Shown here piece by piece: positions 11,218 to 26,216 of a DNA stretch of 64,000 bases (position 1 is its first letter; each line of letters starts with the position of its first letter). The translations under genes and the position numbers were made by a program. This stretch comes from Eledone cirrhosa (Eukaryota): the NCBI GenBank assembly GCA_964016885.1, contig OZ024766.1, forward strand, positions 9,672,001 to 9,736,000. Reading direction: 5' to 3'. The notes under the pieces are model-generated. The model saw only the letters and a list, made by a program, of their open reading frames with translations. It was not told the origin of the DNA and searched no databases.

Positions 11218-12430
11218 TGACCAAGAAACTCACTCAGATGGTGGATGGGTGCTACACGAGAATGCTGAGGATGGCTCTGAACATTAATCAGTATACACTG
11301 AGGATGAAGAACTCAGAGCTGTATGGGAGCCTCCCAAAAATCAGCTCAAAAGTGACACAGAGGAGACTGAGGTTAGCTGGACATGCTCACCGACATCCAG
11401 AGTTGACACTGCACTGTGCTCCTGTGGGAGCCCCTACATGGACACACTAGGTTAGCTGGACATGCTCACCGACATCCAGAGTTGACACTGCACTCAGTGC
11501 TCCTGTGGGAGCCCCTACATGGACACACTAGGTTAGCTGGACATGCTCACTGACATCCAGAGTTGACACTGCACTCAGTACTCCTGTGGGAGCCCCTACA
11601 TGGACACACTAGGTTAGCTGGACATGCTCACTGACATCCAGAGTTGACACTGCACTCAGTACTCCTGTGGGAGCCCCTACATGGACACACTAGGTTAGCT
11701 GGACATGCTCACTGACATCCAGAGTTGACACTGCACTCAGTACTCCTGTGGGAGCCCCTACATGGACACACTAGGTTAGCTGGACATGCTCACCGACATC
11801 CAGAGTTGACACTGCACTCAGTGCTCCTGTGGGAGCCCTTGCATGGACACACTAGGTTAGCTGGACATGCTCACCGACATCCAGAGTTGACATTGCACTC
11901 AGTGCTCCTGTGGGAGCCCTTGCATGGACACACTAGGTTAGCTGGACATGCTCACCGACATCCAGAGTTGACACTGCACTCAGTGCTCCTGTGGGAGCCC
12001 CTACATGGACACACTGAGTTAGCTGGACATGCTCACTGACATCCAGAGTTGACACTGCACTCAGTGCTCCTGTGGGAGCCCCTACATGGACACACTAGGT
12101 TAGCTGGACATGCTCACCGACATCCAGAGTTGACACTGCACTCAGTGCTCCTGTGGGAGCCCCTGCATGGACACACTGGGCTAGCTGGACATGTTCACTG
12201 ACATCCAGAGTTGACACTGCACTCAGTGCTCCTGTGGGAGCCCCTACATGGACACACTGGGTTAGCTGGACATGCTCACCGACATCCAGAGTTGACACTG
12301 CACTCAGTGCTCCTGTGGGAGCCCCTACATGGACACACTAGGTTAGCTGGACATGTTCACCGACATCCAGAGTTGACATTGCACTCAGTGCTCCTGTGGG
12401 AGCCCCTACATGGACACTCTGGGTTAGCTG
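11218..12430 (+). mobile_element. RTE-like LINE fragment with 81-bp tandem array (~13 copies)
   Basis: TKKLTQMVDGCYTRMLRMALNI...RRLRLAGHAHRH followed by a 27-codon repeat. Confidence 0.85.
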
Positions 12431-12535
12431 AAATAAAATGATACATGACATATTCTGACATGTTAATGGTTAAGATTTAATCAAGGTATTAAATCTTAAC
12501 CATCTACCATGTTAGGGTATGTCATGTATCATTTT

Positions 12536-12601
12536 ATTTTATCTGATGAGGACGTACTATTGAACCTGATTCAAGTACCTCTGAAATATGCATAATAAAA
12601 T
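12536..12601 (+). ncRNA. Type-I hammerhead, preceded by palindrome 12431-12540
   Basis: ATTTTAT-CTGATGA-stem II-GAAA-TATGCAT-A-ATAAAAT. Confidence 0.7.
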
Positions 12602-12670
12602 TTAATTGATCACAAGAACATCTATTTTATTAATATTTGATTTTAATATATATATATATATATATATATA

Positions 12671-12865
12671 ACAAAGGAATTGTGGTAAGGAACCAAATGG
12701 ACCATAACACACCAGAGTACTCAATACTTAGGGTAGTAGAGTGGGAAATAGGAAAAAGTATGACCCCGACGGCAGAGCTCAAGCCGTTTCGACGGCTATT
12801 TCTGGCTATTTCAGTCCAGAAATAGCCGTCGAAACGGCTTGAGCTCTGTCGTCAGGGTCATACTT
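12671..12865. mobile_element. Penelope-like remnant with palindrome 12756-12865 carrying hammerhead 3' halves
   Basis: TAGCCGTC-GAAA-CGGCT...GTC-(A/G)GGGTC; homologue at 38329-38460. Confidence 0.55.
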
Positions 12866-12866
12866 C

Positions 12867-12916
<50 letters not shown>

Positions 12917-12983
12917 TAAAGTTAGTCCTCCATAAAGGTAAAGGAAAGAAGAGTGCTCTATATATTGTACAGAGCTATTTAGT

Positions 12984-13014
<31 letters not shown>

Positions 13015-13106
13015 TTATCCCTAATTTTACGGTGTGCGCATGTATGTATTTATGAGAATGCTGTTGAAGTATGTATACACTTTTTGAGGACACCTTGTAT
13101 ATATAT

Positions 13107-13141
<35 letters not shown>

Positions 13142-14491
13142 AACACATACATACACACATGTATATATATATATATACATACACATATTATATACATAGT
13201 GTGTGTATCTATCTATCTTTATATATATATAGTGTACAGAAATATATATATATACAAAGAGAGATATATATAGTTATATATATATATATACAGAGAGATA
13301 TATATATATAGTGTATATATATATATATATACATACATAGACACATACACATATATATAGTGATGTATATACACACAGATAGATATATATACACACACAG
13401 TGATATATACGTGTATATATATATACAGACAGAGATATATATAGTATATACCCAGTCCTCAGATAGTTATTGCAAGGTTGTTCAGTTCTAAATTTCCTCA
13501 AAGAAAAGAGAAAAAGCAGTTGAAATTGTTGGAAAATGGAGGAAAAAGTTGCTGACATAGACAAAGAAGGGGAGGGTATGATAGACAGATACAAAGTTTA
13601 GAGAGAGGCGAACTGCAGACGGTTGAGGGGAAAGGCTAAGGAATGAATACAAGGAAAATGGTGGTAGTGAGAGGTATATGTAACATAGTGAGAGAGAGGG
13701 GAGAAGAAAGGGTAAGAAATGAATGCAAGGAAGAAGGGTGGAAGTGAGAGGTATGTGTAACATAGTGAAAGAGAGGACGTCACTGATAGACAAAGAGTTA
13801 TGAGAGAGGGGAAACTGCAGACGATAGAAGGGAAAGGGTAAGAAATAAGAGAGGGGGTATGAAGGAGACAGACACAAAGTTATGAGAGAGGGGTATAAAG
13901 TAGAAAGAATGAGAGGAGGAGGTCATAAATAGACAATAACTTATGAGAGAGGGGGAAAGTTGAGAATACATAGGAGGAAGAGAGAAAGCGGGAGGGAAAA
14001 CAAACTATAGAGAGAGAAAGAGAAGCAGTGGATAGAGAGACAGATTAAAAGAGAGGGAAAGGTTAAAGAATACATAGGAGCAAAGGTGACAGTGAGAGAA
14101 AGTATAAACGATAGCAAGAGAGAGACAGAGAGGGAGAGCGACTAAGACAAAAGAAGGAAGTGGTTGATAGATTAATATATAAGACAGAGGGGGGATGTAG
14201 ACAGTAGAGGAAAAAGTGTAAAGAATACATAGGAGAAAAGTTGGCAGTGAGAGGCAGCACCAACGATATAGAGAGACTAAGACAAAGAATGGAAGTGGTT
14301 AATAGACTAATAGATAAGAGAGAGGGGGAACTGCAAACGATAGAGAGAAAGGGTAAGTTTTACAGAGGCAGGTGATATATATATACACACACATGTATAT
14401 ATATATATAATATATATATATATATGTATATTTACACACATGTATATATATATAATATATAAGATCAAAAGATGGTTAAAAGAGTTCCATG

Positions 14492-14562
14492 TATTTTATT
14501 ATGCGCATTTCAAAAACAAATATCATCATGCAATAACATTTGTGTTTTCATCAGATAAAATA
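14492..14562 (-). ncRNA. Type-I hammerhead ribozyme
   Basis: TATTTTAT-CTGATGA-long stem II-GAAA-TGCGCAT-A-ATAAAATA. Confidence 0.8.
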
Positions 14563-14739
14563 GGAAGACATGATATGAAGGTTAAAAAACACTTGTTAAT
14601 AGTGCAGTTTTAAATCAACATATCATATTTGATCTTATATATTATGTATACTCCAGTCCTACAAACTGTAGAGTGCTTCTTATCCGATATCTGCATTGCT
14701 TTATTGTACTACAATAAAACTCACCTCCTACATATATAT

Positions 14740-14771
<32 letters not shown>

Positions 14772-14984
14772 GTATTATGTATAAATACATATGTATATAT
14801 ATATGACTTTTACAGGACTAAATCTGTTTCATTTGTATAAAATCCTCAGGAATGTCACAAATTTGTAGAAGTCATATATATGAGAGAGAGAGAGGGGGTG
14901 TAGAAAGAAAAAAAGTGTCTTGTAGACAGACAGTAAAAAGAAAAGGAGAATGTGATTGATGTAGACAGAGAGGAAGGGGGGGGT

Positions 14985-15345
14985 CGTGATTGAAATACAG
15001 ACATACAAAAGAGAGGGGGAAAGAAGAAGGGGAGGATGTGATTGAAATACAGACAAAGAGAGAGGGGGAGGATGTGATTGAAATACAGACAAAGAGAGAG
15101 GGGCAGGATGTGATTGAAATACAGACAGATAAAGAGAGAGAGGGGAGAGAAGAAGGGGAGGGTGCTTGAAATACAGACAGATAAAGAGAGATGGGGAGGA
15201 TGTGATTGAAATACAGACAGATAAAGAGAGAGGGGAGAGAAGAAGGGGAGGATGTGATTGAAATACAGACAGATAAAGAGAGAGGGGGAGAGAAGAAGGG
15301 GAGGAGGGTGTGATTGAAATACAGACAGATAAAGAGAGAGGGGTA
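14985..15345. repeat. Purine-rich minisatellite (GTGATTGAAATACAGACAGATAAAGAG core)
   Basis: About 8 degenerate units. Confidence 0.8.
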
Positions 15346-16048
15346 TTTAGAGATTGATAGAGAGAGTAAACCAGAGAAGAAAAACAGAAGTTTAAGGCAA
15401 AAGAGAGCTAGGGGTAGAGGAAGGGGAGGCACAGTCAAGAAAGAGTAAGAGAGAGAGTGAGAGGAGTTTTGAGAGGGGTGGGGGGGACATGGTGAAATGA
15501 TAGAAGAGGGGAGCGAGAAAGAAAGATAGAGAGGTGTGAGTGTCTGGGAGGAGAAAGGAGTAGTAAAAGGCTAAAGCTTCTCGGGTTAGAGGAAGGGGAG
15601 GCAAAGTCAAGAAAGAGTAAGAGACAGTGAGAGAGAAGTTTTGAGGAAGGAATCGTAAGGAAGAGAGAGATAGAGAGAGGTGTAAGTGTCTGAGAGTAGA
15701 AGGAAGAGGAGAAGACAGAAAAAAGCGGGGGAGGGGGAGGCAGACGAAAGCGAAAGAGTAGTGGTATGAGAAATATACTGAATTGGTAGAGGGGTAGGAG
15801 GAAGAGGTTTATACAAAGAGAGAGAGAGAATGAAAGGACGAGGAAGAAGACCAAGCAGACAAGAGAGAGAGGGGAACATTGTATAGTTAGAGGAAGGGGG
15901 CGATGGAGACGAAAGAGAGAAGGATAGAGAAATAGTAAGAAAGAGAGAGAGAGAGAGTAAGAATTTAAGTGATAGATATACCACAATAATATATATATAT
16001 ATACATATATACAACAACTATCTATCTACGTATATCTATACACACACA

Positions 16049-16086
<38 letters not shown>

Positions 16087-16343
16087 CACACAACTATCTA
16101 TCTATATATATATAAACACACATCTCTCTTTCTCTATATATACACAACTATCTATATCTATCTGTATATACACACACAAATCTCTCTCTATATATATACA
16201 CACACAAATCTCTCTATATATATATACACACACAAATCTCTCCCTCTATATATATATACATATCACAATTATATATATCTGTATATATATATGCACACAC
16301 ACAAATCTCTCTCTATACATACATACATATATAAAATATAGAT

Positions 16344-16374
<31 letters not shown>

Positions 16375-18156
16375 ATATATAATTTCTCTTACAATTTTAT
16401 TTATATTTATAATCATCTGTCTGTCTGATGCGGTAGGAAGAAAATAGGAAAAGAAAAGAAAGATGTAGACGGTAGTGTGGGGAGAGAGACAGGGGAGGTA
16501 AGCGAGGAAAGGCTAATAGGAAGAAGGGGAGGTAAGCGAGTGGGAGAGTGGTTAAAGGAAGAGAAAGAGAGGAAGGGGAGGGGATGGAAAGGAAGAAAAG
16601 AATGAGAATGAAGAGGAGGAAGAGAAGACGAGGTGGAAAATAAGAAAGGATAAGGGAGAAGGAAGCGGAATGATAGAAGGAAGAGGAAAGGGGAGAAATA
16701 GATAGAATAGTAGGTAAGATGGGGGAGAAGGAAGGGAAGGTGAAGAAAGGAGGAGGAAGGGGAAAGGAGGAGGTAGAAGAGAGGAAGAAGACGAAGAATA
16801 GGGAGAAGGAAGGGGAGGAAGAGAAAAGGACGAGGTAGGAGGAGACAGGGGGGGAATAAAAAGAACAAACCTACCAACAACCCCCGTGACCTCTCACTCA
16901 ACCCTTTCCCTCCCTTTCTCTCTTCTCCTCTCCCTCCTACTCCGTCTGTCAAGTAAGACATGGAAGGAGAGAGGAGACAGAGGAAGAAAACCAAGAACAG
17001 AACTACCTACCTCTCTCCCCTTCTCTCACTAACCCTTTCTTTCTCCTCTCTCTGTTGTTCTCTCCACCCTTCCTCCTACTCCCTCTGTCAAGCATTGAAG
17101 GAGGGAGAAAGAGATAGACGAGGTTTTAGAAGAGGGAGGAGATAGAGGAAGAAAAAGAAAAACAAGAACAGACCTACGAACAACCTCCTCCTGGCCTCTC
17201 ACTAACCCCTTTCCCCACTCCCCTTCTTTCTGCCATCTCCCCTTCCTCCTACTCCCTCTATCAATCATGGAAGGAGAAGACGAAGAAAAACAAGAACAGA
17301 CCTTACTATAAATAATCCCCTCTCGTCACTCACTAAACCCCTTCTCTCTATTCCCTCCCCTTCGCTCTACTCCCTCCATATCTCTCCTCCTCCTCCCCTT
17401 CTCTCTACTCCCTCCATATCTCTCTACTCCCTCCCATTCTCTCTACTCCCTCCATATCTCTCTACTCCCTTCCCTTCTCTCTACTCCCTCCATATCTCTC
17501 TACTCCCTCCCCTACTCTATACTCTTCCTCCACCTTCTCTCAACTCAACTCAACTCAACTCCCTATTCCCTTCTCTCGACTCTATTCCTCCTACTCTTTC
17601 AGTCAAGCAACTCTCCCTATTCCCTTCCTCTTTCTCCTACTCTTTCAGTCAAGTAAGCCAGAGAGAGAGAGAGAAGAAAGAAGAGAGAAGTGGCGGTGGA
17701 AGAAGTAGAAGCAGAAGAAGACTCTCTCCCTATTCTCTTCCTCCTACTCTTTCAGTCAAGCAGCTCTCCCTATTCCCTTCCTCCTCCTCCTACTCTTTCA
17801 GTCAAGCAGCTCTCCCTATTCCCTTCCTCCTCCTCCTACTCTTTCAGTCAAGCAGCTCTCTCTATTCCCTTCCTCCTCCTCCTACTCTTTCAGTCAAGCA
17901 AGCCAGAGATAGAGAGAGAGAAGAAGAAAGAAGAGAGGAGAAGAGGCGGTGTGGAAGAAGAAGAAGAAGTAGAAGTAGAAGTAGAAGAAGCAGAAGAGGG
18001 AGGGGAAAAAAAAAAGAAACAAATAACAAATAACAAACGAAAAAAAAAGAAAATTAAACGAAAAAAACGAAAAACGAAACGAAACGAAACGAAGTAGGAA
18101 AGTAGGAGTAACGAACCAACGAGATCTGGGAGCGAGAGCGAGATTTGAGGCGAGAA

Positions 18157-18362
18157 ATGAATTCGTTGTCGCCGTTCACGCCGCCGATTGTTAAACGTCT
18201 GCTTGGTTGGAAGAAAGGCGGAGAATCGGATAAAGAAGACAAGTGGTCTGAGAAAGCTGTGAAAAGTTTGGTGAAGAAGCTAAAAAAATGTGGAGGCATT
18301 GATGAGCTGGAGAAGGCCATTACATCTCAGGAGTCTAATACAAAGTGTATCACTATTGCCAG
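18157..18362 (+). CDS. SMAD3: SMAD2/3 (TGF-beta/activin R-Smad) first coding exon, N-terminal MH1
   Basis: [52 protein letters not shown]; GTAGGA donor at 18363, phase 2, matching the vertebrate SMAD3 intron-1 position as I recall it. Confidence 0.93.
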
Positions 18363-18379
18363 GTAGGACCACCAGTGTA

Positions 18380-18389
18380 GAGTGTGTGC

Positions 18390-18444
<55 letters not shown>

Positions 18445-19868
18445 ATGTGTGTATGTATATGTGTGTATGTATATGTTTGTGTATGTATGTGTAGAGTGTG
18501 ATGTTATTGTTATATATATATGTTTGTGTGTGTATGTATGTGTATAGTGTGTATATATGTATGTGTATAGTGTGATGTTATCGTTATATATATATATGTA
18601 TGTATGTGTATAGTGTGATGTTATCGTTATATATATATATATATGTATGTGTATAGTGTGATGTTATCGTTATATATATATATATATGTATGTGTATAGT
18701 GTGTATATATACACTATAGTGTGATGTTATATATATATATGTGTGTATGTGTATAGTGTGTATATATGTATGTGTATAGTGTGATGTTATTGTTATATAG
18801 ATATATGTGTGTATGTATGTGTATAGTGTGATGTTATTGTTATATATATATGTTTGTGTATGTATGTGTGTGTGTATATATATATATATATATGTTTGTG
18901 TATGTATGTGTATAGTGTGTATATATGTATGTGTGTAGTGATGTTATTGTTATATATGTATGTGTATAGTGTGTATATATGTATGTATGTGTGTAGTGAT
19001 GTTATTGTTATATATATGTATGTATGTATGTGTATAGTGTGTGTATATATATATGTATGTGTGTAGTGATGTTATTGTTATATATATGTATGTATGTATG
19101 TGTATAGTGTGATGTTATATATATATGTGTGTATGTATGTGTAGTGTGATGTTATCGTTATATATATATATATATATCTGTGTGTGTATGTATGTGTATA
19201 GTGTGTACATATACACTATAGTGTGATGTTATTGTTATATATATATGTGCTGTGTAGATATATATATATATATATGTATATATGTGTGTATATATATATA
19301 TGTTTGTGTGTGTATGTGTATAGTGTGTATATATGTATGTGTATAGTGTGATGTTATTATATATATATATATATGTGTGTGTGTGGATGTATGTGTATAG
19401 TGTGTATATATGTATGTGTATAGTCTGATGTTGTTATATATATATATATGTGTGTGTGTGGATGTATGTGTATAGTGTGTATATATGTATGTGTATAGTC
19501 TGATGTTGTTATATATATATATATGTGTGTGGATGTATGTGTATAGTGTGTATATATGTGTGCGTATAGCGTGATGTTATTGTTATATATGTATGTATGT
19601 GTGTGTGTATATATATATGTATATGTGTGTTTGTGTATGTATGTGTATAGTGTGTATATATGTATGTGTATAGTGTGATGTTATTGTTATATATATATGT
19701 ATAGTGTGTATATATACACTATAGTGTGATGTTATTGTTATATATATATGTATAGTGTGTATATATACACTATAGTGTGATGTTATATATATATGTATGT
19801 GTATAGTGTGATGTTATTGTTATATATATATATATGTGTGTATGTATGTGTATAGTGTAATGTTATTG

Positions 19869-19914
<46 letters not shown>

Positions 19915-20549
19915 ATAGTGTGTATATATGTACACTATAGTATGATGTTATTGTTATATATATATATATGTGTGTATGTGTATAGTGTGATGTTATATAT
20001 ATATATATGTATGTACGTGTATAGTGTGATGTTATATATACATGTATGTGTATAGTGTGATGTTATTGTTGTTATATATATATATATATGTATGTGTATA
20101 TATACACTATAGTGTGATGTTATTATATATATATATGTGTGTATGTATGTGTATATATACACTATAGTGTGATGTTATTGTTATATATATATATGTGTGT
20201 ATAGTGTGTGTATATATACACTATAGTGTGATGTTATTGTTATATATATATATGTGTGTATAGTGTGTGTATATATACACTATAGTGTGATGTTATTGTT
20301 ATATATATATATGTGTGTGTATAGTGTGTGTATATATACACTATAGTGTGATGTTATTGTTATATATATATATATATATGTCTATAGTGTGTGTATATAT
20401 ATACTATAGTGGGCTGTTATTATATATATATATGTGTATGTGTATAGTGTGTGTATATATACACTATAGTGTGATGTTATTGTTAGATATATATATATAT
20501 ATATATATGTGTATAGTGTGTATATATACACTATAGTGTGATGTTATTG

Positions 20550-20583
<34 letters not shown>

Positions 20584-21092
20584 ATCACTATTGCCAGGTA
20601 GGACCACCAGTGTGTACAGTGTGGTGTGTATATATAAATATATATATATATATATATACACTGTAGTGTGTGTGATGTTATTGTTATATATAAATAACCC
20701 TTCTGTCTAATGAACTAACGAGACGTATGTTAATACAGTCCTGAAACCTTTGGTAATGGATTGGTTATATATTGTGTTGTTTACTCTCTAATTAAATGTA
20801 TGTGTGTATATATATATGTATGTGTATGTATGTATGTATGTATATATGTATGTGTATATATGTATGTATGTATGTATATATGTATGTGTATGTATGTAAA
20901 TATATATATGTATGTGTGTACAGTGTATATGTATGTATGTATGTATGTATGAATGTGTGTACAGTGTATATGTATGTATATATATATATATATATATGTG
21001 TATATATATATATATGTATGTATGTATGTATATATATATATATATGTGTATATATATATATATGTGTGTGTATATATATGTATGTATGTATG

Positions 21093-21123
<31 letters not shown>

Positions 21124-21343
21124 ATATATATATGTATGTATGTATATATGTATGTGTATATATATGTGTATAGTGTATGTGTATATATATATGTGTATAG
21201 TGTATGTGTATATATATATGTGTATAGTGTATGTGTATATATATGTGTGTATAGTGTGTATATATATATATATATTTATGTATGTATATATGTATGTGTA
21301 TATATATATATATGTATGTGTGTATGTATGTGTATGTATGTAT

Positions 21344-21377
<34 letters not shown>

Positions 21378-21460
21378 ATAGTGTCTATATATATGTGTGT
21401 ATGTATGTATATATATACATGTATGTATGTATGTATAGTGTGTATATATATATATAATTA
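18380..21460. repeat. Complex (TA)/(TG) satellite with TATAGTGTGATGTTATTG core
   Basis: Direct reading. Confidence 0.9.
20580..20613 (+). other. 34-bp copy of the SMAD exon-1/intron-1 junction
   Basis: GTGTATCACTATTGCCAG|GTAGGACCACCAGTGT identical to 18345-18378. Confidence 0.85.
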
Positions 21461-21622
21461 CAACAGTGACATAAACAGGGACTTGTGTTTCGTTGGGTTC
21501 TGGGCCCTAATTCATTCAGTCTGTCATAAGAGAAATGGATATATATATATATATATATTCAAATGAAGTTGATGTTTATTACGGTATGTCGAATATATTT
21601 ATCTATAAAACTGTTTATATTG

Positions 21623-21688
21623 TATTTTGTCTGATGAAGGCATAGCATATTGTTAATATGATATCCCCGAAATATATATAATGAAATA
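21623..21688 (+). ncRNA. Type-I hammerhead motif
   Basis: TATTTTGT-CTGATGA-stem II-GAAA-TATATAT-A-ATGAAATA. Confidence 0.65.
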
Positions 21689-21726
21689 AATATGGTTTTA
21701 TAAATATAGTTTTCCATTTATTTAAT

Positions 21727-21829
<103 letters not shown>

Positions 21830-21954
21830 TATGTTTGGTGTATATATACATATATATATACTGTATGTGGTGTTTGTGTGTATATATATATATATATAGA
21901 GAGAGAGAGTGTATGTTTGGTGTATATATACATATATATACTGTATGTGGTGTT

Positions 21955-21984
<30 letters not shown>

Positions 21985-21985
<1 letters not shown>

Positions 21986-24900
21986 GGTTGTAGTGTATAT
22001 ATATATATGGTTGTGTGTATATATATATATATGGTTGTAGTGTATATATATATGGTTGTGTGTATATATATATATATGGTTGTAGTGTATATATATATAT
22101 ATATATGGTTGTGTGTGTATATATATATGATTGTAGTGTATATATATATATATATGGTTGTGTGTATATATATATATATATGATTGTAGTGTATATATAT
22201 ATATATGATTGTAGTGTACATATATATATGGTTGTGTGTATATATATATATATGGTTGTGTGTATATATATATATATGATTGTAGTGTATATATATATAT
22301 GGTTGTGTATATATATATATGATTGTAGTGTATATATATATATGGTTGTGTATATATATATGATTGTAGTGTATATATATATATGGTTGTGTGTATATAT
22401 ATATATGGTTGTAGTGTATATATATATGGTTGTGTGTATATATATATATATGATTGTAGTGTATATATATGGTTGTAGTGTATATATATATATATGGTTG
22501 TAGTGTATATATATATATATATATGGTTGTGTGTGTATATATATATATGGTTGTGTGTATATATATATATATATGATTGTAGTGTATATATATATATATG
22601 GTTGTGTGTATATATATATATGATTGTAGTGTATATATATATGGTTGTGTGTATATATATATATATGATTGTAGTGTATATATATATATGATTGTAGTGT
22701 ATATATATATATGGTTGTAGTGTATATATATATGATTGTAGTGTATATATATATATGGTTGTGTGTATATATATATATATATATGGTTGTGTGTATATAT
22801 ATATGATTGTAGTGTATATATATATATGGTTGTGTGTATATATATATATATGGTTGTAGTGTATATATATATATATGATTGTAGTGTATATATATATATG
22901 GTTGTATATATATATATATGATTGTAGTGTATATATATATATGGTTGTATATATATATATATGGTTGTGTGTATATATATATATATGATTGTAGTGTATA
23001 TATATATATGATTGTGTGTATATATATATATATATGATTGTAGTGTATATATATGGTTGTGTGTATATATATATATGGTTGTAGTGTATATATATATATA
23101 TGATTGTAGTGTATATATATATATGATTGTAGTGTATATATATATATGGTTGTAGTGTATATATATATATGATTGTAGTGTATTTATATATATGATTGTA
23201 GTGTATATATATATATGGTTGTGTGTATATATATATATGGTTGTGTGTATATATATATATGATTGTAGTGTATATATATATATGGTTGTGTGTATATATA
23301 TATATATGATTGTAGTGTATATATATATATGGTTGTGTGTATATATATATATGGTTGTGTGTATATATATATATGGTTGTGTGTATATATATATATGGTT
23401 GTAGTGTATATATATATATATGGTTGTAGTGTATATATATATATGGTTGTAGTGTATATATATATATATATATATATATGGTTGTGTGTATATATATATA
23501 TGGTTGTGTGTATATATATATATGGTTGTAGTATATATATATATGGTTGTAGTGTATATATATATATATATATATGGTGTGTATATATATATATGGTTGT
23601 AGTATATATATATATATATATATGGTTGTGTGTATATATATATATGGTTGTAGTGTATATATATATATATGGTTGTAGTATATATATATATATATATATA
23701 TATGGTTGTGTGTATATATATATATGGTTGTAGTGTATATATATATATATGGTTGTGTGTATATATATATATATATGGTTGTTGTGTGTATATATATATA
23801 TATATGATTGTAGTGTATATATATATATGGTTGTGTGTATATATATGATTGTAGTGTATATATGGTTGTGTGTATATATATATATGGTTGTAGTGTATAT
23901 ATATATATGATTGTAGTGTATATATATATATGGTTGTGTGTATATATATATATGATTGTAGTGTATATATATATATGGTTGTGTGTATATATATATATGG
24001 TTGTAGTATATATATATATGGTTGTAGTGTATATATATATATATATGGTTGTGTGTATATATATATATGGTTGTAGTGTATATATATATATGATTGTAGT
24101 GTATATATATATATGGTTGTAGTGTGTATATATATATATGGTTGTGTGTATATATATATATATATATGGTTGTGTGTATATATATATATGGTTGTAGTGT
24201 ATATATATATATGATTGTAGTGTATATATATATATGATTGTAGTGTATATATATATATGGTTGTGTGTGTATATATATATGATTGTAGTGTGTATATATA
24301 TGGTTGTGTGTATATATATATATGGTTGTAGTATATATATATATGGTTGTAGTGTATATATATATATATATGGTTGTGTGTATATATATATATGGTTGTA
24401 GTGTATATATATATATGATTGTAGTGTATATATATATATGATTGTAGTGTATATATATATATGGTTGTGTGTGTATATATATATATATGGTTGTGTGTGT
24501 ATATATATATGATTGTAGTGTGTATATATATATATGATTGTAGTGTATATATATATATGATTGTAGTGTATATATATATATGGTTGTGTGTATATATATA
24601 TATGATTGTAGTGTGTATATATATGGTTGTGTGTATATATATATATGATTGTGCGTATATATATATATGATTGTGTGTATATATATATATGATTGTGTGT
24701 ATATATATATATATGATTGTGTGTATATATATATATGATTGTGTGTATATATATATATGATTGTGTGTATATATATATATGGTTGTGTGTATATATATAT
24801 ATGGTTGTGTGTATATATATATATGGCTGTAGTGTATATAAATATATGGTTGTAGTGTATATATATATATATATGGTTGTGTGTATATATATATATGGTA

Positions 24901-25160
24901 GTGTATATATATATATGGTTGTGTGTATATATATATATATATATGGTTGTGTGTATATATATGGTTGTGTGTATATATATATGGTTGTGTGTATATATAT
25001 ATGGTTGTGTGTATATATATATATGGTTGTGTATATATATATATATGGTTGTAGTGTATATAAATATATGGTTGTAGTGTGTATATATATATATGTGGTT
25101 GTGTGTATATATATATATATATATGGTAGTGTGTATATATATATATATATGGTTGTAGTG
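21985..25160. repeat. (TA)n-G(G/A)TTGT(A)GTG satellite, ~3.2 kb
   Basis: Direct reading. Confidence 0.95.
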
Positions 25161-25205
25161 CACCTGAGCACTTTACACAATAATTTCATTATTATCATTA
25201 TTATT
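25152..25205 (+). mobile_element. Extreme 3' tail of the CR1-like LINE
   Basis: GTTGTAGTGCACCTGAGCACTTTACACAATAATTTC(ATT)n matches the reverse complement of about 30116-30162. Confidence 0.75.
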
Positions 25206-25279
25206 AAAACAAGCAGAGTAATATGATGGAGAGATTGTCTGTGTTTGGTGTGTGTATATATGGAGAGAGAGATTGTTTG

Positions 25280-25317
<38 letters not shown>

Positions 25318-25346
25318 TGTGTGTGTACGCTTTGCATCTGCATGTT

Positions 25347-25494
<148 letters not shown>

Positions 25495-25564
25495 TTGCGT
25501 TTTGGGGTATATATATGTATAGAGAGAGAGGTATGTTTGGTGTGTATATATATATATATATATA

Positions 25565-25635
25565 CAAGGTGCCCCCTAAAAATATATACACACTTTGAGA
25601 TGTTGACGTATGTATATATTTTTTGGGACACCCTG
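25565..25635. mobile_element. ~71-bp Tc1/mariner-type MITE
   Basis: CAAGGTGCCCC...GGGACACCCTG TIRs flanked by TA. Confidence 0.65.
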
Positions 25636-25679
25636 TATATATATAGATGTGGTTGAGGTTGTTTACAGAGTGTATGTGG

Positions 25680-26213
25680 TGTAGTGTATACAGTGTATGT
25701 AGTGTATATACAGTGTATTTGTTATATATGCAGTGTATGTAGTGTATATGCAGTGTATGTAGTGTATATGCACTGTATTTGGTATATATACAGTGTATGT
25801 GGTGTATATACAGTGTATGTAGTATATATACAGTGTATGTAGTATATATACAGTGTATGTAGTATATATACAGTGTATGTAGTATATATACAGTGTGTGT
25901 AGTGTATATACAGTGTGTGTAGTGTATATACAGTGTGTGTAGTGTATATACAGTGTACGTGGTATATATACAGTGTACGTAGTGTATATACAGTGTAAGT
26001 AGTATATACACAGTGTACGTAGTGTATATACAGTGTATGTAGTGTATATATACAGTATGTAGTGTATGTGGTGTATATACAGTGTGTAGTATATATACAG
26101 TGTATATGGTATGTGTATATGGTATATATGCAGTGTATATGGTATATATGCAGTGTATGTAGTGTATATCCAGTGTATATGGTGTATATACAGTGTACAT
26201 GGTGTATATATAG
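25680..26213. repeat. 20-bp minisatellite CAGTGTATGTAGTGTATATA
   Basis: Direct reading. Confidence 0.9.
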
Positions 26214-26216
26214 TGC

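Noticed and set aside
13500-18120. SMAD promoter elements in purine/pyrimidine-biased upstream DNA
   Set aside because: No specific site can be supported from sequence alone
20715-20762. CTAACGA...GAAACC..GGTA hammerhead-like stretch (a similar weak case at 21476-21525, -)
   Set aside because: Core mutated and stem I unconvincing
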